DNA of 64,000 nt, from the NCBI RefSeq assembly GCF_006345805.1, contig NC_043005.1, positions 41,044,001 through 41,108,000 on the forward strand, in the 5' to 3' direction. The notes beneath the pieces were generated by a model. It saw only the letters and a program-made list of their open reading frames with translations, had not been told where the DNA came from and did no database searches. This document shows, piece by piece, positions 1 through 12,638 of the stretch. Position numbers and translations under genes: made by a program. Within the stretch, counting starts at the first letter, position 1. The number at the start of each line of letters is the position of its first letter. Source of the stretch: Octopus sinensis. Taxonomy: Eukaryota.

Positions 1-17
1 CTATCTATCTATCTATC

Positions 18-51
<34 letters not shown>

Positions 52-274
52 AATAATGTTTATCACCAGTTCACAGAAACCAACATTACTACCATTTTAA
101 CCCCAGGAGGATACCTCCTTCAGCTGGTTATTCGATGCAATCTGCACCTGATATCTATTGCAAGCAGGGCACAAAATGTGTGCTTTTACATAGCACTGCC
201 ACAAGTGCTTTTCACCTCCAGAGGAACCAGTCTTAACACTTCTGCTGTGAAGCATGGGTCTTCCTGAGCACAGA

Positions 275-310
<36 letters not shown>

Positions 311-495
311 TTGGACAAAATAATAGAAACAGCTAGCATCACAGCATCATAATTTTGAAATATCTTTAAAATCCATCAAAGGCTTGTTTATTTTTTAGGT
401 GTTTTGATTTATTATTAGTGTTGCTTAATATGTTTTGCTAAAATTGCTGTTTATTTTCAGATATCACTGGAAAAAGGTAATTAAGATTCATTAAA

Positions 496-1551
496 GTGAC
501 AGATCTATCAGACTTTCAAAGATGTCAAATTGTTGGTGCCCATATGGGAAGCACTAGCGTAATGAAAACAGTCGACATCTTTGGTGTATCAAGAAGTACT
601 ATCTTGGAAGAAATGACAGCCTTTGAGAAAGAAGGAAAAACCTCCTCATTGAAACAAAACTCCAGAAAAAACCCAAAACTTTCGGATAGGGACTGTCAGA
701 CTCTTACGCAAATTGTTTGAAAGGATCACAAAAGTACAGCTCCCAAAATTACTTCAGGGCTTAATGACCACTTTGAGAATCCAGTTTCCACAAAAACTGC
801 TTGCCAGGAGCTGCACAAAGCTGGATTTCAGAGGAGGGCTGCAATCAGAAAACCTCTATGTTCAAAAACAAACGTTGGTCCCTAGCACAGTGAAAGAATG
901 TTATTTTCTTGGACAAGTCATCCTTTCCTTATTTCTGACCACTGGCCAAGTATACATGTGGAGACAGCCAAAAGAAGCATTTGACCCAGACTGTCTTCTT
1001 CCAACTGTTAAACATGGAGGAGGATCTGTGATGATCTGGGGTGGGGGTGGGTTCTATATCTTGGAAATTCACTGGCCCAATGGTTTCCTTTCATGGCAGA
1101 ATTAATAGTCAAGACTATTTAAGCATTTTATCCGATCAAATTCATCCTATAGTTGTGGAACTGTTTCCAGAGGGTAACACAGTCTTTCAGGATGATAATG
1201 CACCAATTCACACAGCTAACTTTATTACTGAATGGCCCAAGGAACATTCTAGTGGAATTGAACATCTTATCTGGCAATCACAGTCACCAGATCTCAATAT
1301 TATTGAACATTTATGGTGCATTTTCGAAAAACAAGTAAGGAGTCAATATTCTTCTCCATCATCACTACAAGAACTAGAGACTGTTTTAGCTGAAGAATGG
1401 ACAAAAATTCCTTTGGAAACAATTCAAACTTTGTATGAGTTCATACCTCGTAGAATTCAAGCTGTAATTATTGCCAAAGGCAGTCCTACCCCATATTAAA
1501 ATTAATTTGTTTGAAATTTTAAGGTGTTTCCATTATTCTCTCCAACCCCTG
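496..1551 (+). mobile_element. Decayed Tc1-family DNA transposon with DD36E-type transposase
   Basis: Broken frames give the N-terminus (V/M)TDLSDFQRCQIVGA, then AAIRKPL, IFLDKSSF (first catalytic D), PTVKHGGGSVMIWG, FQDDNAPIHT, QSPDLNIIEHLW and IPRRIQAVIIAKGSPTPY*. There is a stop at 718-720 plus frameshifts. A TIR-like right end ...ctccaacccctg lies at ~1551; no left TIR was found. Confidence 0.92.
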
Positions 1552-1574
1552 TTTATATATATGGTAACTAAGAG

Positions 1575-1755
1575 CCTCTCCTTAAAAGTGAGATGCAGCC
1601 ATTTGGTCATGTGATGTGTATCGATGAGGACAGCTGCATAAATAAGTGCTGAGCTCTAATTGTGGTGGGTGTCTGTGGAAGGGGTAGACCCAAGAAGATA
1701 TGGGACGAAGTGGTGAGAAAGAATCTTCAGATGCTGGCTCTCACTGAGGAAATGA
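1575..1755 (+). mobile_element. RTE-clade LINE 3' coding remnant
   Basis: Translates to ...FGHVMCIDEDSCINKC..L.VVG.CGRGRPKKIWDEVVRKNLQML.LTEEM, resembling the RTE ORF C-terminus (RWFGHV, GRPKKTW), followed by (GAT)n. Confidence 0.7.
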
Positions 1756-1767
1756 TGATGATGATCA

Positions 1768-1800
<33 letters not shown>

Positions 1801-1889
1801 CACACACACATGTGCATAATTATACATACATATAAACAAACATACAAACATGTGTGTGTATGTATGTATATATATATATATATATATAT

Positions 1890-2237
1890 GTGGCACATAA
1901 AAAACACCATCCGAGCGTGGCCGTCTGCCAGCCATGTCTGGCACCTGTGTTGGTGGCACATAAAAAACACCATCCGAGCGTGGCCGTTCGCCAGCCTCGT
2001 CTGGCACCTGTGTCGGTGGCACATAAAATCACCCACTACACTCTCGGAGTGGTTGGCGTTAGGAAGGGCATCCAGCTGTAGAAACACTACCAGATCTGAC
2101 TGGCCTGGTGCAGCCTTCAGGCTCCCCAGACCCCAGTTGAACCGTCCAACCCATGCTAGCATGGAAAGCGGACGTTAAACGATGATGATGATGATGATGA
2201 TGATGATACATATATACATACACACACACACACACAC

Positions 2238-2270
<33 letters not shown>

Positions 2271-2602
2271 TATATATATATATATATATATGTGGCACAT
2301 AAAAAACACCATCCGAGCGTGGCCGTCTGCCAGCCATGTCTGGCACCTGTGTTGGTGGCACATAAAAAACACCATCCGAGCGTGGCCGTTCGCCAGCCTC
2401 GTCTGGCACCTGTGTCGGTGGCACATAAAATCACCCACTACACTCTCGGAGTGGTTGGCGTTAGGAAGGGCATCCAGCTGTAGAAACACTACCAGATCTG
2501 ACTGGCCTGGTGCAGCCTTCAGGCTCCCCAGACCCCAGTTGAACCGTCCAACCCATGCTAGCATGGAAAGCGGACGTTAAACGATGATGATGATGATGAT
2601 GA
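1890..2602 (+). repeat. Two identical tandem copies (period 402 bp) of a SINE with internal ggcacataaaaaacacc repeats and (GAT)n tail
   Basis: 1890-2180 and 2292-2582 read identically, ending ...gcatggaaagcggacgttaaac(gat)n, and are separated by CA/TA microsatellites. Confidence 0.85.
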
Positions 2603-2605
2603 TAC

Positions 2606-2685
<80 letters not shown>

Positions 2686-3157
2686 TGTATGTAATTGAAA
2701 CAGTATTAAATTAAATAGCCATCTGTGCATCATGCTTAATGTATACACACTGTTGACAGGTAAATTACAGCAGTTTTTGTTTCAGATAAAATCTTGTATG
2801 GAAATACATTGTTTAGAAACATTATATATCTGATGTATATTGTGTTTTTTCACACAGCTCATCTGTAAGAGATGTTATTTTGATATGAATACTGCAGTAA
2901 CTGCCTGTCTATCATGTATTTCTGTTAAATAGGATGCATAGAGAGCTTTGTGTGTGTGTGTGTGTGAATGAAATAAGTAACTATACTGAAATAATTACTA
3001 GAGCTGATACAAATGATTAAAACTCTTGTAGTGGTTGTCTCACTAACTGAAAGGAGAAAACAAACAAATCCTGATTGCAAACAACAACAGCAAAAGTAAT
3101 GCTTAAAATTTTGGAGAGAGTGGAGTATAAGAGAGACAATGAGGGTAAATGAGTGAG

Positions 3158-3391
3158 AGAAGCAGAAGCAGAAGAAGAAGAAGAAGAAGAAGAAGAAGAA
3201 GAAGAGAAGAAGAAGAAGAAGAAGAAGAACAAGAAGAACAAGAAGAACAAGAAGAACAAGAGAACAAGAAGAAGAAGAAGAAGAAGAAAGAAGAAGAAGA
3301 GGAGGAGGAGGAGGAAGAAGAAGAAGAAAAGAAGGAAGAGGAGAAGTAGTAGTAGAAGAAGAAGAAAGAAGAAGAAGAAGAAGAAGAAGAA
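3158..3391. repeat. Compound (AAG)n/(AAGAAC)n/(GAG)n microsatellite
   Basis: Directly visible. It accounts for the poly-E/K/R/F/L ORFs in the track. Confidence 0.95.
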
Positions 3392-3966
3392 CATGACGGT
3401 GATGGTCATAATCAATTAAACAGTAACTATTTCTTAATGATATTTGTTTTGTTAATCCATAGCAAATTAATGGCAAATTGGATCTGTCAGGAATTTAGTT
3501 CAGATCCATGAAGGATTAAATTCAATAATACAAACAAGACATGTTTCTGCTGATTTGCTGACGGCATTTATACTGCACTTTTGGCACATAAGTTTAGAGA
3601 TCAAATCTGCTAATGCTGTTTGGTTATGTTTCTGAGCCAAATAAATGAACACTTTTGATACCAACCTGCCCATGTCTGCCCCTGTTTCTATGATGCAAAC
3701 TTTTTATCTAAAGTGATTGAAATTAAAATTTCCCATTAAAATTCTTTGTTAATTTATGTTCTAATTACCAGCTTAGTAATGACCAAGATATTTTACCAAA
3801 TTTTTTATCATTTTCAGAATTAATTGAACTAAATACAATGCAGCCCAACAGAAATATGGTAACAAAAGGGTTTTAATGAGACATGGCTTCAGCTCATGAT
3901 TTTAGTACTATTGTGTTGCTCAAAGAGCCTCAACACTTTTATTTTATCAAATTACACCATAGTGTC

Positions 3967-4192
3967 TTAACCTACTGGCATTTAAACTGGCCATATCCGG
4001 CCCAAATATTCTAGCTGTTTTATGATCAAACTGTCCAGATCTGGCATTTCACATCTTTCCTACAATGTCATTCTAAATATAAATGATCACATCATCGAAA
4101 TCTCAGAGTTACGAGATAAAGCATGATTAATTCAAAACATTATGAAAAAATATGCATTACATTTGACTGAGTAATGTGAATGCTAAAGAGTT
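3967..4192. mobile_element. piggyBac-like MITE family (ttaac...tagcatt / aatgctaaag.gtta); related copies at ~28672-28900 (inverted) and 36565-37170
   Basis: Short imperfect terminal inverted repeats next to TTAA-like ends. Shared internal sequence (aaactggccatatc) occurs in three places. Superfamily is inferred from the TTAA-like ends only. Confidence 0.5.
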
Positions 4193-4193
4193 A

Positions 4194-4570
4194 GGTGCAG
4201 GAGTGGCTGTGTGGTAAGTAGCTTGCTTACCAGCCACATGGTTCTGGGTTCAGTCCCACAGTGTGGCACCTTGGGCAAGTGTCTTCTACTATAGCCTCGG
4301 GCCGACCAAAGCCTTGGGAGTGGATTTGGTAGACGGAAACTGAAAGAAGCCCGTTGTATATATGTATACATATGTGTGTGTGTTTGTCCCCCAACATCAC
4401 TTGACAACCAATGCTGGTGTGTTTACGTCCCCGTAACTTAGCGGTTTGGCAAAAGAGACCGATAGAATAAGTACTAGGCTTACAAAAAATAAGTCTAGGG
4501 TGTCGATTTCCTCAACTAAAGGCTGTGCTCCAGCATGGCCGCAGTCAAATGACTGAAACAAGTAAAAGAG
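4194..4570 (+). mobile_element. tRNA-derived SINE family A, representative copy (others at ~12945-13350 -, 24645-25025 -, 31482-31900 +, 32565-33270 +, 36595-36972 +, 48835-49670 -, 60513-60895 +)
   Basis: Head gcaggagtggctgtgtggtaag...gggttcagtcccac carries A/B-box-like motifs. Copies have an internal TA/TG microsatellite and the tail gtcaaatgactgaaacaagtaaaagag. More than 10 copies are visible. Confidence 0.85.
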
Positions 4571-5872
4571 TATGTAGTTGCTGATATGTAAAATGACAGG
4601 TTGTTCATGCCTGGAACATCTTTTAATACAAGGAACTGACTAAGGGCAAACCAATATCAACAGTCACATGACACATAACGGAGCTTCTTGATTCCTTTGC
4701 AGTCCATTTCTTGTGGTAATATTTGTTAATTTCAGAGGTGGTGAGCTAGTGGAAGCATTAGCGTGCAGGGCAAACTGCTTTGTGGTATTTTGTTTGTCCT
4801 TATGTTCTGAGTTCAAATTCTGCCAAGGTCAATTTTGCCTTTCATCCCTTTAGAGTTGATAAAATAAGTACCCCTCACCCAAAATTTCAGGCATTGTGCT
4901 TTTATTAGAAAGGATTATTTGTTAATCCCTGAGGCAGTGAGCGTTAGTGGAATTGTTAGCATGCAGGGAAAATGCTTTGCAGTATTTTATCTTTCCTTAC
5001 ATTTCTGAGTTCAAATTCTGCCGAGGTTGATTTTGCTTTTCATATTTTTGAGGTCAATAAAATAAGTACCAGTCAAGCACTAGGAGTCAATGTAAATGAC
5101 TTAGCCCCTCTACATAAATTGCTGTCCTTGTGCCAAAACCTGAAATCAATATTTGTTAATTTCAAAATATGAAGAGAATGTTTGTAAGTGGAGGATACAA
5201 ACTGCCTCAATGAAATTTTAATTAATTCACCTTGTAATCAGAAACAGAGATCAAACTATTTAAAAAAAAATTGTTTCTTGGCTAAATTATCAGCCAGAGG
5301 TTGGAATCACCTTAGAAATTCTTGCCTAAATGGAAGCCTCTTTTAGTTGGGATCTCTTTTAGTACCAGGAGTGGTTTGTAATGTATATAAGAACTTTGTG
5401 GGAACACATTTCATGATGTATTCGTCATCATCATCATCATCATCATCACCTACTGACATCCATTTCCCATGCTGGCAAAAGGCTGGATAATTTGATAGGA
5501 GCTAGCAAGCTGGAGAGCTGCACCAAGCTCCATTTGTCTGTCTTGGCCTGGTCTCTACAGCTGGATGCCCTTCGTAATGCCAAATACTTTACAGAGTGTG
5601 CTTAGTGCTTTCTACATGGCACCAGCACCAGTACTTTATACATGGCACTAGCATGGGTGCTTTTTGCATGGCATCAATATGGGTGCTCTTTATGTGACAC
5701 TAGCATGGGTGCTTTCTATGTGGTATCAGCCCTTGTGTGAGATTAGAAAGACTGAGGTAATCCTCTTACTTTCAAGGAGATACTTAGCTATTTCAAAAGG
5801 ACAAGGAAAGAGAGGAAGGTGAGAGTGAGTGAAAGAGAGAGAGAGATTGAGAGTGAGAGAGAGAGAGTATGC

Positions 5873-5933
<61 letters not shown>

Positions 5934-8739
5934 TGGGATCTTAATTTTACTAATTTATTAGTATGGAATTTATTTTAAATTAGACCTCAAGACTTGAACT
6001 ATTTATTTTTTCAAAGCGGTTTCTAGAGATTTTGTGAATGGATTTGAATGTGAGCAAAAAGATTCCTCATTTCTGCTTTTTGCAATCACTCAGCTGGAAA
6101 GAAACAGCTACCAAATCTCCAGGGTTAATCTTCGGGTTACACAACAACAGCCACACCACCACCACAACCACTAACACCACCACCACCTCAAGAAAAACTT
6201 GAGTCAATTACCAATCAAATGGAACTCTGCAATTCATGAAAGAATAAACCACATTTTATGCTTTTCTTCTTTTTCTTCTTTTTTTTTGCCCACTGTCTCT
6301 ACTAACGCAAAGAAAAGAAAACTAAATATAACAAAAAATAATAAAACCGCAGAGCAAGACATTTATAAATTTCATTTAGTTTGCTATAGTTTGTTGATCT
6401 GCTTCTATTGTATACACTAATGGAAACCTTAATTACATTGACAATAAATGGATTAACAGACATCCCATGGCAGATTTTCAGTCAGAAATAATCAATGATT
6501 AATTCTTTTTATCCTTTTCTTTTCTTGCTCGTGTTGTTGTTGTCGTATGGTAGAGAACAAGTGGTCTATTTGTTAATTTGACAGTTTCAAAATGTGATAG
6601 TGTTTTACAGATCACAGTGTGTGTCTTTTGAGATTTACAGACTTTACTTTCTGTTGTTGATGTCATTGTTCATGTTGATTGTGGCTACAGCATTAGTGTT
6701 GTTGCTATTATTTTTGCTGTTGTTGTTGTTGTTGTTCAAACCTATGATCAAAGGCATTTCAACTACAACTTGCTTGTCTTTTTAGTGTGCAGGACTACAT
6801 TAACAAATATGTCCTATCTTTATTTAAAATGTTAAGGAGTAATTTGAGGGAAATTTAGCTGCTATTTCTGGTAGAGGTGTTTATGGAGTGTCTGAGGTGG
6901 TGGCGGTGATATGATATTAACAACACTAATTTTAAAGAGTGCCAGCCATATCTACCAGCTCCTCATCCCTGTCACTATGAAGAAATGAACCAAATCACAA
7001 AGTAAAAGCACATCTACATTATAAGTAGTAAGTATGTATATTATGTAATTATATATTATAAGTAGTAAGTATATATATATTATGTTAGTATGTACATAGA
7101 AGTGACATTTCTAATACACATAGCAATAAAGACAATTGTACACATTCAGTTTTTTGTGATATTTTTATGTCTATTACTAAAGGACCTGACTTAGCTATCA
7201 AATTTGATGATATCAAACAGTTGTTAGCAGTGTCATTGTTGCTTTCTAAGGTCTTTCTCACATCTCCAAATTTACATTTAAAATTCAGCTGATGTGTGCT
7301 TTACCAGCTTAATGGATTATTCCATATCATCTATGATTGGATTGGCTGGACAATGTAAAATGGTCTGTGTACTGTGAGGATAACTGGCACTATTTTGGTT
7401 ATGATGACAAGGGTTCCAGTTGATCTGATCAATGGAACAGCCTGCTTGTGAAATTAATGTGCAAGTGGCTGAACACACCACAAACACATGTACCCTTAAC
7501 GTAGTTCTCAGAGATAGTCAGCATGACACAGAATGTGACGAGCCTGGCCCTTTGAAAGACAAGAACTACTCATTTTTGCCATCTGGATGAGCTTGAACAA
7601 CATGAAATAAAGTATCTTGCTTAAGGACTCAATGCACTGCTGGATATGGAACTCATGACCAAATGCCCTAACCACTAAGCCATGCACCTTCATATTATGA
7701 AATGAATATACCCAGTTTCTAGTTGGATAAATGACTGAAACTAGGCAACAGCTAAGTGGTACTAGTGATAAATTTTGGTGATATTCTGTCTGGTATTGCT
7801 TCTTCTTTCTGGGCATGTCCCCCTTTTTTTTTACTTTTTCTTCCATTCTTTATCTTGTAATGTTGTTGTTTAGCCCCAGATCAGCTCTGATTGAATAGAA
7901 TTATAATCAAAGGTGTTCAAGCCATGACTCTCCTGTCTTTATGGTTAGGCATAAGGTGATGAAGTGGTTAAGTTGGATAGGATGCTTTGCAGTATTTATT
8001 CCAGGTCTCTAAACTTTGAGTTCAAATCCCATTGTAGTCAACTTTGCCTTTCAACCCTCCAGGATCAATAAAAAAAGTTACTAATTCACGGAAGTAGATA
8101 AGCAGAACTGTTAGACAGTTGGGTGAGATCTGTTGTAGCATCAGTTTCAGCACTTTGTATTTTGACAGAAATGCCCTCTATGACAGTAATGTCAACCTGT
8201 ATCAGCCCTAGACAACAGCCTTTCCCTTGAATAACATCAGTATCCTAGGGAGAGGAGACTTGCAGACATAGGTAATTTCTAGTCTTCCCCCAAATATCTT
8301 ACTCAACCCTTGACATCCATGTAAGAGTACATGGTCAACATTTTGCTGTACTACATATTCAGACACAATGTATCTTGGATTACATTATTCTATGTGGAAT
8401 GCAATTTGAGGGAAATTTATTTGGTTGCTATTTCTAGCATGTCGAGTGACCTCATAAAGGATCCATTGCTGGTTAACAGATACAATAGTTGTAGCTGCTA
8501 TAATATAATAATTGCTATTGCAAATGAAAGATACTTGACAGTGCAATGTGCTAGTCTAGATTCATTTGTATATATGGTAATGAAGATGGTGATGACAATG
8601 AAAATATAAGGCATAGTAGTAGTAGTAGTGACACCAAGGTAAAGAGCCCACTTCGGTTATGAATGACCATGGGATTGCACCTAAAAAGTTCCCCTCCAAA
8701 GTACAAGTCCAGGTGAGGTTGTTTATGGAAATTTCCCAG

Positions 8740-9194
8740 TAGGTAGCACTTGAAGTGGACACATTTAAAAAAAATTTATGATTATTTAACGCAACAGGTT
8801 TAATATAGTTCTTAAGAATTTTGGCGCTCTCCACAATGTAAATTTTGCAATGGCTGCTCTTATTAATATATGGGTGTAGATGATCTATTCTTTTCCACCT
8901 GATATCACATGGGGTCCCTTGATCTTTGAGGTGCCATACATGGCAGGCCAGGAACATGGCAAGCTGTCTTTCTGGGACTCTGATGGATGACTGGTGGTTG
9001 CAGAAGCTACGTTTGAAAAATGCACTGGCTGATCCAATATATTTACAAACCTGGGATGTGACTATATTCACACTCCTGATATATTTCTGATAGGCTCTGG
9101 GCCTGGGGATGCTGTTGGTAACAACATTGCCGATGAAGTTGATATGGCACAATGATCCTGCAGCGTTATCTCTGTGGTTATCACTACTGGTCAT
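8740..9194 (-). mobile_element. Penelope-like element (PLE) GIY-YIG endonuclease domain fragment
   Basis: ORF 8562-9194 contains KYIGSASAFFKRSFCNHQSSIR...LACHVWHLKDQGTPCDIRWK...PY...CKIYIVESAKI...ALNN. This follows the PLE endonuclease pattern YIG...FK.R..NH..SF...L..HVW.LK...I.W...PY...C.LC..EK...LN. Confidence 0.75.
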
Positions 9195-9880
9195 ATGGTT
9201 GGTGATGTAGCTACCAGCGTTAGTGCAGGTGCAACCAGTGGTAACATAGTGCAGGACTGGTCATCCCATTGGTGTCAATGATAATTGTTTGGTCATCATC
9301 TGTAGTGGTGGTGGCACATACATATACATACATACATACATACATACATACATACATTCATACATACATACATACATACATACATACATACATACATACA
9401 TACATACTTACATACATACACATATACATATATACATACATATGCATATATATATATATATATATATATACATACAACGGTCTTTTTTCAGTTTCCATCT
9501 ACAAGATCCACTCACAAGGCTTTGGTTGGCTCAAGGCTTTAGTAGAAGACACTTCCCAAGCTGTCACACAGTGGAACTGAACCTAAAACCATGTGGTTGG
9601 GAAGAAAACTTCTTATCACACAACCACACCTGTGCCTTATATACAGGATATGAGCTGGCAGAATCATTAGTGTGCTGGATGAAGTGCTTAGTGTTATTTT
9701 GTCTGCCGTTATGTTCTGAGTTCAAATTCCTCCGAGGTTGACTTTGCCTTTCATCCTTTTGTGGTCGATTAAATAAGTACCAGCTACACACTGGGGTTGA
9801 TGTAATTGATTTAATCTCTTTGTCTGCCCTTGTTTGTCCCCTCTATGTTTAGCACCCTGTAGGCAATAAAAATATATATA

Positions 9881-10215
9881 TACAGGGTGCGGTGAATAAG
9901 CTTTCATCAAAATTATGCAAAAATGAAAAAGACACTGACATCTCATTTTAACAGATGTATTTACCAAAATTACATAAAAATATCTTGAATACTAAAGGGT
10001 AAATTTATTCAATAAAATTGCCATTGACTTCAACCACAGCCTCCAGATGACTTCAGAATCTCCTGCAACTCTTCTGAATGGTCTCCTTGTTTAAGGTGGT
10101 GAATGCTACCATAGTCCTTGCATACAGTTCATCTTTGGTATTACAAGGCATTTTGTTGGGTCTCTAACCAGGCCTTTCATGATACCGTTAAAGCTAGGAA
10201 CATTTTAGCACCCCT

Positions 10216-10218
<3 letters not shown>
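9881..10218. mobile_element. Tc1/mariner-derived element with non-matching ends (apparent chimera)
   Basis: Left end is TA+cagggtgcggtgaataag. The minus strand encodes NKMPCNTKDELYARTMVAFTTLNKETIQKSCRRF*SHLEAVVEVNGNFIE*, a transposase C-terminus. The last ~60 bp match the right end of the MITE at 28336-28556. Confidence 0.65.
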
Positions 10219-10250
<32 letters not shown>

Positions 10251-10775
10251 ATGTGTATGTATATGTTGGCCTGCTCACCTGATTGCCAGGCCAGCAGATT
10301 GGCATCACTCAAAAGCTAAAATGATGCAAAGCACATTGTGACCAGTGATGTATGTGTATATATATATATTTATATCCTTATAAAAAGCAAAATTTGTTTG
10401 TTGAAAACACTAAATGAAATTGATAATATTTCAAGTTTTCATGTCATTTAAATTTATCTGACCATTCCACAGATAACTGTGCACTTATTTTCGGAAAACA
10501 GAACAGGGGTGCTAAGTTGGTGGTGTATTGGCTCCTATTTCTAACAATCCATGTACTGTCTATTTCATGATAATGCTTTTAACAGAGTGAAAAATACTTC
10601 ACCTATCACTCAATCCACCTCCAACTTTCTCTCAGTTTATACATTACATTTATTCCTTTTAAGTTCCTTTCTCTCTGTATCTCTGTCCCTCTCTATGTCT
10701 CTATCTTTTTCTCAGGTTGTATATGTGCCTCTCTCTCACTACTTCTACCTCTTTTTCTCTCTAGAGAAAAAACAC

Positions 10776-10822
<47 letters not shown>

Positions 10823-12020
10823 GGTTACAGAGAAAAAACGAGTAAGACCCTGGACCTCTGCTTTTCCTCTGTCTATATGTCCCCCTTTCTGTCTCTATCT
10901 CTCCCATTATCCACCCTCTCTCTCTCTCTGATTGTAAATGTATTTCTCTCACTACCTCTACCTCTTTTTCTCTCCAGAGAAAGAATACGGGGGACAGATA
11001 GAAAAGGGGTTAGGGAGAAAAAACAAGTGAGACAGAGGGTTTGAGCATTGTTTCAGACTGGGGTCAAGAGGTTGGCTAGTATATATATAATTAATAAAAC
11101 GCTTTTGGTCATGTACTGAGTAATGCATTAGTAATAGTAAAATAACGATATGGTTAGTCACAGATATGAAGGAATTGCTCCTTAGTTTACTTGTATGCAG
11201 GTACAGAAAGTCTTCAAATTTTCCATTGAAGTGAAATGAAATAAAATATATATTCTACTTAATTACATTTCATTTCCATGGGAAATATGAAGGCTTTCTG
11301 TAACTGTAAGGAACAATTTCTGTAAAAGTAAGGAACAATTCTTCAATTTCTTCCGACTGTATTGTTATCAATTATTATTGTTAATATTCTTTTTTCTTTT
11401 TTTTAAATACTGTGTAGTATGTATACCGTGTATACTTCTTTTTTTTTGTTTATCATTCCGATATATGTAAACCCCAACAATTTGTCTGTCTTTGTATTGT
11501 CTCCCTCATCTTTTGCCCTGGTGGCAAATAAAAGAAATCATTATTCTTATAGAAACAAAGCTCAGGTTTGGTCGTTTCACTGGTAGGATTTATTTGGTAA
11601 TGGGTTACTACCTGTAACCATAGGTACCACATTTTTTGGCTGTATATCAAGTGCTTAGAACCCTCCTGATAATCCTTGCAGTCCCTAATAAGCAAACTTT
11701 CTGTAGGAACTCTACTGAGCATTCTATTTCAATCACTTTCAATTATTTGTCTATATCTTTATTCTGCCCCAAAAGTCAGATTACCCATGGATTGTTATGG
11801 GGTTTTTCCATGAGTAGCCCTCAAACTTCTCCCTATTGAGGATTTCACATTGTTGACATTTTTTTTCTTTTTTTATGATTTTGTTAGTCTTGTTTACATG
11901 CAAAACCCTCACAACAATGCACTCACACATACACACACACTCTTTGTTTTGTCTTGTACTGTCCATAACTTGTGGTTAATAAAGAAGTCATTATTTTCAT
12001 TATCATCTTCTTTCAATTCT

Positions 12021-12082
<62 letters not shown>

Positions 12083-12638
12083 GAGTGAGCGAGCAGAGCA
12101 TGCCATCAAAGTGACACTGGGGTAAAATATACGAAGCCCAGTATACCCATCATGACTACCCGTCTGATAAGGGTACACCAGGCACATGCATCACAACCAT
12201 ATGTGCGTGACATGGTGATCTCGTATCAAGATAAACAGCACATGACCTTGCAGGTGGAGCCCAGTTAGAATTTTCTTCAGATCGAGTAACCCATCCCGCT
12301 CAAAAGGTCCCTGAATAAGGGTTGTTTAAGGACGTTGAACGAAACACCCATGTTTCCAGAGGTGAATTATTCAAACCCAAAGAATCCTTCTCAACACATG
12401 GCTATGATGCTCCCCCACTACTTCTGCTCGTGATCAGAGATGCACATATCGTCAGCCACTAAGGGACATGCTCAACTGGTTAAGGTCAAACAATTGACAA
12501 GCAAATCTGTGGTATTGAGCAGAATATTTGCTGTAGCCCATCTTTTATACCAAGACAAAACAATGTACATGATAATACTTCCAATCAGTTAAGATCAGAA
12601 GCTATGAGAGCTACTGCCTGGTACTGCATCAGGGCATT
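12083..12638. mobile_element. ~556-bp non-coding element embedded in a (TAT)n/(TAA)n tract
   Basis: Moderate-GC block without a long ORF or TIR, flanked by (TAT)n on both sides (12022-12082 and ~12643-12668). Confidence 0.6.

Noticed and set aside
1656-3476. Numerous 60-180 aa ORFs (HTHT, YIYI, CVCV, poly-E/K/F)
   Set aside because: They are translations of microsatellites and SINE bodies with no codon or domain signal. The same applies to most ORFs in the track across the window.
4194-4290. tRNA-like A/B boxes
   Set aside because: These are SINE heads with no cloverleaf or acceptor stem, so they are not tRNA genes.
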